A stretch of DNA of 36,623 nt from Basidiobolus meristosporus CBS 931.73 (Eukaryota; Fungi; Basidiobolomycota). The translations under genes and the position numbers were made by a program. Positions 24,369 to 32,922 of this stretch are shown here, one piece after another. Within the stretch, counting starts at the first letter, position 1. Every line of letters begins with the position of its first letter. The stretch spans positions 1 to 36,623 of the forward strand of contig MCFE01000781.1 in assembly GCA_002104905.1 (NCBI GenBank), in the 5' to 3' direction. Under the pieces are notes generated by a model. It was not told the origin of the DNA. It saw only the letters and a list, made by a program, of their open reading frames with translations, and searched no databases.

Positions 24369-24383
24369 GGTCGCTGGTCAACC
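24369..24383 (+). promoter_or_regulatory. Candidate cis-element GGTCGCTGGTCAACC upstream of paralogue 4
   Basis: Identical to the reverse complement of 23372-23386. Confidence 0.4.
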
Positions 24384-24447
24384 ACTTTGCATCCTTCATT
24401 ACATTTCTTTTTGAATACTAGCGTATACCCTCAGCTTTACCGTAACC

Positions 24448-25764
24448 ATGGTCTACTCCAAACTCTTCCTCGCTTCCGTGGCCGCTACCATGATGATGAT
24501 GCCCTCCTTCAGTGATGCCCATTCCTGGGTTGACTGTATGGACTGGAGATTCAATGGCGGTAAGCAAAGCTTCGACGACAATGCTGGCTATTGTGCTGGG
24601 TATGCTCGTCGCTACCCCGTCAAGTACAACGGAGACCAAGTCAGTCCTAGATATGCTTTCGGGTCCTTGGATAGTGCTGATCCAAACCGTCACTACAAGC
24701 AATCAGAAAAGAATCCAGGTAAGGATCAGTTGAAATGTTGTGAGGTCCCATTTTTGCAAGTACTGATCGATTTTTTGATCCTGCTGATATTAGATGACTG
24801 GCCTGCTTGCTCCACTGGTAAAACATACAAAGGCGGTGAAGGTGAAGAGGTCGGGTCGGATGAGACACTGGCTAGCCCTGTTGACAGCGCTTATGGCCAA
24901 GGAAAGTGGGGACCCATGACTGTAGCCAAGCCTGGACAGCAGCTGTGTGTCCGCTGGCCCGCCAAGAACCACAAGGACGAGCCCGACAATGTTGTATACA
25001 TCAATATGCCACCCACCCCGATGAGCAAGGACCCTACGCAGCGTCAGCTCAACCAATGGACCATCGCCAAGCTTGACTATGGCAACTGCTTCTCTGGTGG
25101 GTCCGACAAGGCTCGCTGCGGTGGATGCTTCACCGTTCCAGACCGTGCCCCTGGGGACTACTTGATCCAGTGGAGATGGAAGTTGAACGGCGAAGACAAT
25201 GTCCCCGAGTGGTACACCTCATGCTCAGATGTTCGCATCGGAAACGGTAAGGGTGGAGTTGCCCCTACCGCCACCGTAGACCCAGCTCCAAGCAGCACCG
25301 AGAGCGGTGGCAAAGTCACCACCACCTCGAAGAACGGCAAAGGCAATGTAGGCAAGCCCACACCAAACCCACCGAACTACAAGAAGCCAGCACCAACCAA
25401 CAATGGTGATGATGAAGATGATGATGACGATGAAGACAACGATGAGGAAGACGATGAAGACAACGATGAAGACGACGATGAAGACAACGATGAGGAAGAC
25501 GATGAAGACAACGATGAAGATGACGATGAGGACGACGATGATGAAGATGACGATGAGGACGACGATGATGAAGATGACGATGAGGACGACGATGAGGACA
25601 ACGATGAGGACGATGATGAGGACGACGATGAAGACGACGATGAGGATGAAGACGATCATCGTCGCCATGGCCGTCGTGGCCACCATCACCGTCATGACAG
25701 ATCTAAGCGCTCCTACCCCATCTACAACCTCCGTCGTAACATCAAGCGTACCATCAATGCGTAA
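24448..25764 (+). CDS. Secreted His-brace (LPMO-like) protein, paralogue 4, long form, 413 aa; exons 24448-24718 and 24794-25764
   Basis: ...PSFSDA|HSWVDC. 75-nt GTAAGG...TAG intron (24719-24793). The domain is followed by a P/T/S/K linker, an 83-residue D/E/N tract and a His/Arg-rich end. Confidence 0.9.
   Translation: MVYSKLFLASVAATMMMMPSFSDAHSWVDCMDWRFNGGKQSFDDNAGYCAGYARRYPVKYNGDQVSPRYAFGSLDSADPNRHYKQSEKNPGKDQLKCCEVPFLQVLIDFLILLILDDWPACSTGKTYKGGEGEEVGSDETLASPVDSAYGQGKWGPMTVAKPGQQLCVRWPAKNHKDEPDNVVYINMPPTPMSKDPTQRQLNQWTIAKLDYGNCFSGGSDKARCGGCFTVPDRAPGDYLIQWRWKLNGEDNVPEWYTSCSDVRIGNGKGGVAPTATVDPAPSSTESGGKVTTTSKNGKGNVGKPTPNPPNYKKPAPTNNGDDEDDDDDEDNDEEDDEDNDEDDDEDNDEEDDEDNDEDDDEDDDDEDDDEDDDDEDDDEDDDEDNDEDDDEDDDEDDDEDEDDHRRHGRRGHHHRHDRSKRSYPIYNLRRNIKRTINA
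25408..25656 (+). repeat. Coding tandem repeat of 83 consecutive Asp/Glu/Asn codons
   Basis: Imperfect units such as GATGAAGACAACGATGAGGAAGAC and GACGATGAGGAC. Confidence 0.92.
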
Positions 25765-26270
25765 GTCCCGAAAGCCGAATATGTAGCGCCAAATTTTGTA
25801 TCATTTTCTGTCGGCTCAACGGCCACCCAATGTCCCATAAATAAATTCCCTCGAAACCAAACCTAGAACCTGTGGAAGCCCAAATCGCCCGGGGTTTCGT
25901 GGCCTCCCGAAACGCCAATGAGCTGGATCCTTGCCACACTGACACCAAACAAATTGGATCCGTCATTAATGGGCTTAAGCTTGAATTGCCGATGGTGGCA
26001 CGAAATTAATTCCATCTCCCTTGCGATACCGGAGTGCATGCTGGCCAAGACACCTCCGTCGAAGTCGGGCGATATTTCCAAGCCGGGAAAATTCCCCCTC
26101 GTGACGGGAGGGTGGAAATGAGGATGCATCCGTCAAGAATAAACAGGAGCCAGTTTCGGGCAAAATGAAGTGGGTTTATTCCAAAATTAAATTAGATTAA
26201 ATTCAGGATCATTCCTAAATGCTATTCCCTTGTCGGGTAGTCGTAGGGTGGTCAAGGTAAGGTGGTGCGC

Positions 26271-27046
26271 TTATTTCTTGACGCGAACATCGGAGCAGGA
26301 GGTGTACCATTCTGACTTGCCGTCGTCGCCCTTGAGCATCCATCTCCATTGGATGAGGTAGTCTCCGGGCTTACGGTTCTTGGGGACGGTGAAGCAGCCA
26401 CCGCAACGAGCCTTGTCAGAACCACCGGAGAAGCAGTTGCCGTATTGAAGCTTGGCGATGTTCCAGCCGTTCAATTGCTTTTGAGTGGGATCCTTGGAGG
26501 TGGGGCTGGGGGGCATGTTGATGTAGACGATGTTGTTGGGCTCGTTCTTGTGGTTCTTGGCGGGCCAGCGGACACACAACTGTTGTCCAGCCTTGACCTC
26601 AGTCATGGGACCCCATTTACCACCATAGGCTTTGGTGACAGGACTAGCACGAGTCTCGTCAGTACCAACCTCCTCATCACCACCGCGGCGTTTTCCGGTA
26701 GAGCAGGCCGGCCAGCTATCTATAAGGCAATTGTTAGCCAGGGGACTTCGAGGAGAGTCCACCGTTATTGGAGCTTACCGGGGCTTTTCTCGTTTTGCTT
26801 GTAGTGACGGCTAGCGCCAGTGGAATCGAGAGAACCGAAGGCGTATTGGCCAACGTATTGGCCACCCTTCTGCTTCACTGGGAAGCGACGGGCAAATCCC
26901 TTGCACTCTCCGGCATTATCGTCGAAGCTTTTCTTGGATCCCTTGAATCTCCAATCCATGCAGTCCACCCAAGAGTGAGCGTCGGCCAGGGCGACGAACA
27001 CGAGGAGGGCAGCCAGAGCGATGGTTAGCACACGAGTGTTGATCAT
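26271..27046 (-). CDS. Secreted His-brace (LPMO-like) protein, paralogue 5, short form, 238 aa; exons 27046-26779 and 26719-26271
   Basis: MINTRVLTIALAALLVFVALADA|HSWVDC. 59-nt GTAAG...GCTAAC...TAG intron (26778-26720). Closest to paralogue 1. Confidence 0.88.
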
Positions 27047-27800
27047 TCCAAATGAGTAAGGAAGTAAGAAGTGGTTCTCGTCAAGAGAATAAGTGAGGTG
27101 AGAGGAAAATGAATGCCCACCCTCCACGACGGAGGGCCATCTTTTATGCTGGTCAGTCAGTCATCTTGCACCCATCGCTTCCAGGCGCCAAATGGTTTTT
27201 CCTAATGGTGACACGACAATCAAGGTGGATCATTTCGTGAGGAGCTAGATGGACGGGGCTATTCCCGCTCAATTACTGTTGTGTAAAGTGAGGCGAGTGC
27301 ACAAGACCTCCGGATTGGTTTCCCCTTGCGAGAAGCCCATCTAAATCGCCACATTTCGTGTCACCCTGAACGTACATGAATAAATTGTGGGCGTGCAGGA
27401 ATCATCTAATGGCGTTGCGGTTGGCATGGATTTTCGGATGATTTTTGGATCTTCCGCAAATCAAACCGCGCTTACTGAAATTAGTGCATCGGCCTCCCCC
27501 TGGGGCAAGGTTAGGGTAGAGGCGGGGTCAGAGATCACCCCATATCACCCCCCCGTGATGTCATGGAGTTTCGTGACATGTTCCTAGTCGTCATTGAATT
27601 AAAAAAACTTGCTTGCATCAACGATGACGCCCAGGTGAGAGGTGAGCAGAGGGCGCGGCTTACGTATGGAGAGTCTTGGCCAGTTAACTGGTTGCTGAAT
27701 GAGCCATTTCTAACAGTCATCCTCGTCAAGGATTCTGTATTTAAGCTTCACAATCACCACCACCAACTCCATCATCCTCTTCAGCAACAACAACAACAAC

Positions 27801-28103
27801 ATGGATAACGTCAAGAAAGCCTACGATCTTTACAACGCAACCGGCGATAGGGACAACGACGGTATTCCCAATGCGATCGACACCAAGAACAACAACACCG
27901 GTATCTGGAAGGATCAGGATAATGATGGTATCCCTGATATAATCGATTCTACTGACAGTAACACCCAAGGCGCCATGGGGGACAGAGACCACGATGGCAT
28001 CCCCAATGCAGTGGACTTCCAGGACAATCAGCAAAATTCTGGACAAGGTGGGCTTGGTGGGGTCCTGAACAAGGCAAAGGATCTACTTGGAAAGCGTACA
28101 TAA
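27801..28103 (+). CDS. 100-aa protein with three thrombospondin type-3-like DxDxDGIP[ND]xxD repeats
   Basis: DRDNDGIPNAID, DQDNDGIPDIID, DRDHDGIPNAVD. (CAA)5 lies directly before the ATG. No signal peptide. C-terminus GGLGGVLNKAKDLLGKRT. Confidence 0.8.
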   Translation: MDNVKKAYDLYNATGDRDNDGIPNAIDTKNNNTGIWKDQDNDGIPDIIDSTDSNTQGAMGDRDHDGIPNAVDFQDNQQNSGQGGLGGVLNKAKDLLGKRT

Positions 28104-28657
28104 ATGCCTGTATATACTTACGTCCCATTGGTCGTTACTCTCAATAAATTAACACCATCAATGATTGTTCTTCACCTGCTCCTGCACCTGCTCCAGGACC
28201 AACCCATCACAAAAAGTCACTCGTGCGCAAATATTTGGCCCAAGGCGCAGGTAAAAACATAAGCTGCTTGCTCAGATCTTTCCGTAACCGTTCATCATCG
28301 AGGCAACATCCAGGAAAGGCATTGGAGTCACAGTTCTTACCGAATAGGGCTGGCAAACCTCCATGATTGATTCGAGAGAAATTCCATTGCAGTTTGGATA
28401 AAGCTGGGCCTAACCTTAGGGTGTGGAAATTTCGAAATTTCGAAATATCGACCGAATTGGTAGAATGCCAGTGTGATTGTATTAATAGTGTAGCCAGCAG
28501 TGAATCCAACCAACTATCTTGTGGCGCTATAAATACTTCGTTCCGACTGACCTTAACTGCCCTATTCGTATGTGTTTCTACCGTAGAAGGTTCCACGGTA
28601 ATCTTGTTTAAAAGTGGCCCATCCCACTTGATCCACCGACTGCACACTAAATCATCC

Positions 28658-29122
28658 ATGAAGCTCTCTGTATTCTTGCTTGCCCTCGCCAGCAGTTCCT
28701 GCGCCTATGCCGCTGAAAACTTCGCACCAACCCTGCCCGCCAATAGCACTTGCAAGGGCAACTATGCCATAATGTATAATCAGTGCCGCACCAACGCGCT
28801 TAGCGTGGCCTGCCTCCCAACGGACGATTTGTGTAATTGCCGTCAAGCACAGAATCTTGCTCAGTGTATCACCTATTGCTCTATGGATCCCTATGTTTTT
28901 GATAACCTGCCGAGTCAGGAGGTGGTTGTTTCAAAGTGGTGCTCAGGGATCCCATTGTCCATTTTAAACCCGCCGTCAGCCACCTCCAGCCCATCTTCGG
29001 TGCCCACCAGCTCCCCCTCCAGCACTCAAGTTGGAAGCATATTGGATTCCGGCAGCTCTTCTTCGGCCAAGATGACCGGTCTTTCGATTCTGGCGGTAGG
29101 GATGATGATGTTGATAGTATAG
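28658..29122 (+). CDS. Secreted, probably GPI-anchored 8-Cys CFEM-like cell-surface protein, 154 aa
   Basis: Signal peptide MKLSVFLLALASSSCAYA; C-x10-C-x8-C-x2-TD-x2-C-x-C-x8-C-x3-C-x20-C; Ser/Thr/Pro stalk; hydrophobic C-terminus LSILAVGMMMLIV. TATAAAT at ~28526. Confidence 0.8.
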   Translation: MKLSVFLLALASSSCAYAAENFAPTLPANSTCKGNYAIMYNQCRTNALSVACLPTDDLCNCRQAQNLAQCITYCSMDPYVFDNLPSQEVVVSKWCSGIPLSILNPPSATSSPSSVPTSSPSSTQVGSILDSGSSSSAKMTGLSILAVGMMMLIV

Positions 29123-29941
29123 TGACCATATATTATAAATCCCGATTTCTTGGCATTCCTGTAATGTAAATAGCAATATGTTTAGTCCGATTCCATTCTA
29201 CTTCTCGCTAAGAAATCCATTAGTGTACCTGCCATCGATGAATAAATACGCCATGTGAACACAAAGTGGTACAGGGAATACAAATGACGTTCAGCTGCTT
29301 GTCTATGATAGATTCGCTTTTCTTTCCCGGCGAAGTGACACAGGGCAACTGGCTTCTAGCCTACTAACGTAGCAGTAGTTAATTAAACCAGTTCACATCG
29401 TACAGACCGTTTGAGTAACATGCCTTGGGTTGTCCTGTGGTCCTTCAGAAAAGTCCCCTAAGCTTTTCTCCCGAACAACAGGGAGCGCGTTGTTTCAACT
29501 TAACATTGGTAGAAGTCATGGATGGGTGGTAAGTTCTGGCTCGTCCATAAAATTTCCTTGTACCTATTCTTGGTGGTGGTTGATGAAAAAAGCTTAAGAT
29601 TCGTCAATATGGTTAGTCACGATGGTAGCAGAGTGTGGTGAATGGACTAGCTCCATATACCTAGCAGGGCTTGCTGCCGATCTGAAACAATGGATCTAAT
29701 CTCGAAATCCTCGATTTTTACCATCTTGCGGGTATTAATATGATTATTTACCACAGCAACACTAACCGAGCTAATCATTGCCAAGTAAATTTTCCAAAGC
29801 TTGTATTAATTCAAGAACAGCCAGCAAGTGTACTTGCCGTCAGCATCTTACTATTGGCAGCCCTCAAACATCCCAAGTATATAGTGCAAGGGTGGTACCA
29901 ATTTGTTTTATTATCTCTCTTTTTGAGGCACTGGTCTAATG

Positions 29942-29991
29942 TGTTGCAGAAATTTGTAATTACACCTAAGTATTCACCTAACTTCATTACA
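29942..29991 (+). repeat. 5' fragment of a copia LTR
   Basis: TGTTGCAGAAATTTGTAATTACACCTAAGTATTCACCTAACTT matches the start of the 32228 LTR. Confidence 0.7.
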
Positions 29992-29992
29992 G

Positions 29993-30357
29993 GTGGATTC
30001 CTCTACCCCAGTTCCCCAGAATGTCCAGACTCTTTTGAAGGAATATTCACATGTGTTTCCGGATGAACTTATAAACCTACCACCAGTCAGAGCTGTTGAG
30101 CATGCCACTGATGCAGCAGATAGTCCTCCTATGAGCATGATACCTTACACAATGAATCCATTGGAATTGGAAGAGATGAAGAGACAAGTTGATTAGTTAT
30201 TGGAGCAAATATATATTAAGCCAAGCAAGTCACTGTGGAGAGCCCAGTGCTTTTTACAATGAAAAAAGAAGGAACACTTAGGATATGTGTTGACTAAAGT
30301 GCCCTGAACCCAGTAACTGTGAGGAATAATCACCCTATAGCATGGATTGACAGCTTT
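29993..30357 (+). pseudogene. pol: Ty3/gypsy RT N-terminal fragment (different lineage from family A)
   Basis: LLKEYSHVFPDELINLPPVRAVEH...PYTMNPLELEEMKRQVD*LLEQIYIKPSKS...KKEGTLRICVD*SALN. Stops and a frameshift. Confidence 0.82.
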
Positions 30358-30637
30358 TGTTGTAAAAATTTGTAATTCCACCTAACTATTCACCTGACTT
30401 AGTCACTTCGATCATTACAGGATTTACTTAGAATATTTTCACCAAAATACCAGGTACCCAGAACATGAACACTCCCAAAGTTGTCCAAACAGCCCCAAAC
30501 TTTGCACACATGTTCTTGGGACCTTCCTGAGCCAATTCTACAAGTTTGTAGTGCCAAGACCATAGATCATTGAGTGAAAACCACATAATATACTTGTTCT
30601 CCCAATCACTTCCAATATCTCCAAGACTTTTGCAACA
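30358..30637 (+). repeat. Internally deleted copia LTR
   Basis: TGTTGTAAAA...TTGCAACA, homologous to 32228-32576. No matching TSD. Confidence 0.82.
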
Positions 30638-31720
30638 TAATGTGTATCCTTCATATTGCAGTACTAGCAAAGCAGGTTAATGTTGCCTTCAATGGTTCCT
30701 GGCAACCTCCATTGTTTGCAATTATTGCTTATCAAAGCATTTTCTACTTCCTTCTGATTGGTGCTTGATCATCTTAGTTCTTCATCCAGTAGCCTTCCAT
30801 ATACATAATTAAGGTCAATTCTTTAGTTTAGAACTCTAGGGCTGATACAGGCCCTGAAACCTGTCTGTCAGGCTATTCAGGATGGTAACTATCACACCCT
30901 CATCAGCAGTTAGTATGCCTACAAATTCAATCTCATCAGCCAATAGGGTAATTCTGTTAATTGATTTTTCATTTCTTCTCCTGGCAGCATTTTTGTAGTA
31001 GAAAGTTTAGTCCATGTTACATTCACTTAGCAGCTGAACATTACTTGAAGGCATCTTTTAATGTCTTCCAGGTATTCTTTAATGTTCTAGCTCTTAAGCA
31101 TTGAATTAGTGATTTGTCTTTGACATTAAGGCAAATGCAGTTAAAGGCACTTAATTCTTTCTTTTGGCATTTTAGGGATTCCTCTCTTGCATTCTTAGGA
31201 GGGCATTCTTTGCCATGACAATAGCCCATAGGCCTCTTTCCTGTAACAACATCTTCATTGTTACCTTCCACACTTGGTAGTTAAATCTGGTGTAAGAGTC
31301 TTGGAGATATTGGTGGTCATTGGGAGGACAAGTAGATTATGTGGTTTTCACTTAATGATTTATTGAATGTAAAAGTAGTATTTATACTTTTACATGGTCT
31401 TGGCATTACAAACACAAAGAATAGGTTAAGGAAGGTCCCAAGAACATGTGTGCAAAATTTGGAGCTGTTTGAACCACTTTGAGAATTTTCATGTTCTGGG
31501 TACCTGGTATTTTGGTGAAAATATTTTAAGTAAATCCTGACAATGAATTTGGTCAGTATTCTCTAGGATTTGAAGGTAATGATCTAAGTGCCCAAGTTAG
31601 GTCAATACTTAGGTGGAATTACAATTTTTACAACAAAATCTTGTCAACTTTTCAGCAGAAGGAAAAGATAGAGTATTAGTAGTAGTAGGGTCAGAGTTAA
31701 GGCCTCTTTTCTAGCTTGGG
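30638..31720 (-). pseudogene. gag: Old Ty1/copia gag, interrupted by a solo LTR and truncated in the zinc knuckle
   Basis: KKELSAFNCICLNVKDKSLIQC...NTWKTLKD matches the gag at 32609-32922. ALISNN...LC*YCNMKDTH parallels ALISND...ICNYCKRKGHT at the right window end. Confidence 0.78.
31288..31635 (-). mobile_element. Copia solo LTR (348 bp)
   Basis: Reverse-complement copy of the 32228 LTR, with 5-bp TSD AAATC at 31283-31287 and 31636-31640. Removing it restores the gag sequence ...GAAAAGTTGACAAGATTTAACTACCAAGTGTGG. Confidence 0.9.
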
Positions 31721-31779
31721 ACTTATTAATATGGAATAGATAGGAATACACTAAGCTTATACCTTCTTTGATATAGTAA

Positions 31780-32227
31780 TTTGGGCCAGTTCTGATTCAG
31801 TTGGTTATCCTGTCATATGACACTGAAACAATTACTTCTGGGATATTCCTGAGCACCAATTCAAGCTAAGGCACAGTTTTAGAGTCCTCTGGAGTGAGAT
31901 ACTTTTCATTGATTAGCTCTGATTCAATCCTCACTTTAGTGAACTTGAGACTGGATTTTTGTCATCATCTAGAGTCATTTATGGTGATGATATTAAATTT
32001 TCACCAGATAGCACATTCCTAGATTTGATTAGCTTCTTTGCTTTGGTATTGTAGAGGCAGTATGCATTACTCTCACTGTGGTAGTCTCAAAGCATGTACT
32101 CTACCCTTTTTGGCTCCAATTTTGACTGATCTAAAAGCAGTATCTTGGCATTTACTGTGCAACAAAATATTCTGGGGTGCTCTGCACTTGGTCTATATCC
32201 ATACTCAAAAGGAGTAAAGCCACAAAG
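31780..32227 (-). pseudogene. pol: Decayed copia integrase C-terminal fragment
   Basis: Colinear with ~34970-35370 (TPFE..Y.RPSAEH.RIF...SK.EPK...LYNTKAKKLIKSR). Cut at 32227 by a younger LTR. Confidence 0.78.
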
Positions 32228-32922
32228 TGTTGTAAAAATTTGTAATTCCACCTAAGTATTTACCTAACTTAGTCACTTAGATCATCACCTTCAAATCCTA
32301 GAGAATACTGGCCAAATTCCTTGTTGGGATTTACTTATAATATTTTCACCAAAATACCAGGTACCCAGAACATGAAAATTCTCAAAGTTGTCCAAACAGC
32401 CCCAAACTTTGCACACATGTTCTTGGGATCTTCCTTAACCTATTCTACGTGTTTGTAATGCCAAGACCAGGTAAAAGTATAAATACTACTTTTACATTCA
32501 ATAAATCATCAAGTGAAAACCACATAATCTACTTGTTCTCCCAATCACTTCCAATATCTCCAAGACTCTTACAACAGGTTATGAGCCCCAAGCTGTCACT
32601 CTCTGCAATGCCTACTACTGCTATTAATGGAATTTTTCCCTCTGCTGAAAAGTTGGATGGATCTAACTACCAAGTGTGGAAGGTGAAGATGAAGATGCTG
32701 CTACAAGAAAGAGGCCTTTGGGATATTGTCATGGGAGAAGAATGCCCTCCTAAAAACATGGGAGAGGAAGCCTTAAAGTACCAGAAGAAAGAACAAAGTG
32801 CCTTTAACTGCATTTGCCTTAATGTCAAGGACAAATTGCTAATTCAATGCTCAAGAGTTAAAACGGCAAAGAATGCCTGGAAAGCATTAGAGGACACCTA
32901 CCAGTCATGTTCAGCTGCTAAG
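32228..32922 (+). mobile_element. gag: Ty1/copia element, + strand: 5' LTR (32228-32576), PBS (32577-32588) and gag start, truncated by a nested copy
   Basis: TGTTG...CAACA LTR followed by GGTTATGAGCCC (copia-type GGTTATGGGCCC PBS), then gag KLDGSNYQVWKVKMKMLLQERGLWDIV...TAKNAWKALEDTY. Confidence 0.92.

Noticed and set aside
25225-25786. ORFs rich in Ile/Val, Ser or Met/Thr (25225-25695, 25377-25601, 25403-25786, and 22199-22533 equivalents) that look like membrane or repeat proteins
   Set aside because: They are antisense or alternate-frame shadows of the Asp/Glu codon repeat.
27047-27127. Upstream start of ORF 26765-27127
   Set aside because: ATG 27046 gives a signal peptide of the same length as in the other paralogues. 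The extension resembles a pyrimidine-rich 5' UTR.
28367-28657. N-terminal extension of the 251-aa ORF
   Set aside because: A clear signal peptide starts at ATG 28658, a TATA box lies inside the extension, and the listed start is not ATG.
29740-30066. 108-aa ORF
   Set aside because: It runs across unique sequence, an LTR fragment and a gypsy fragment, so it is a chance fusion.
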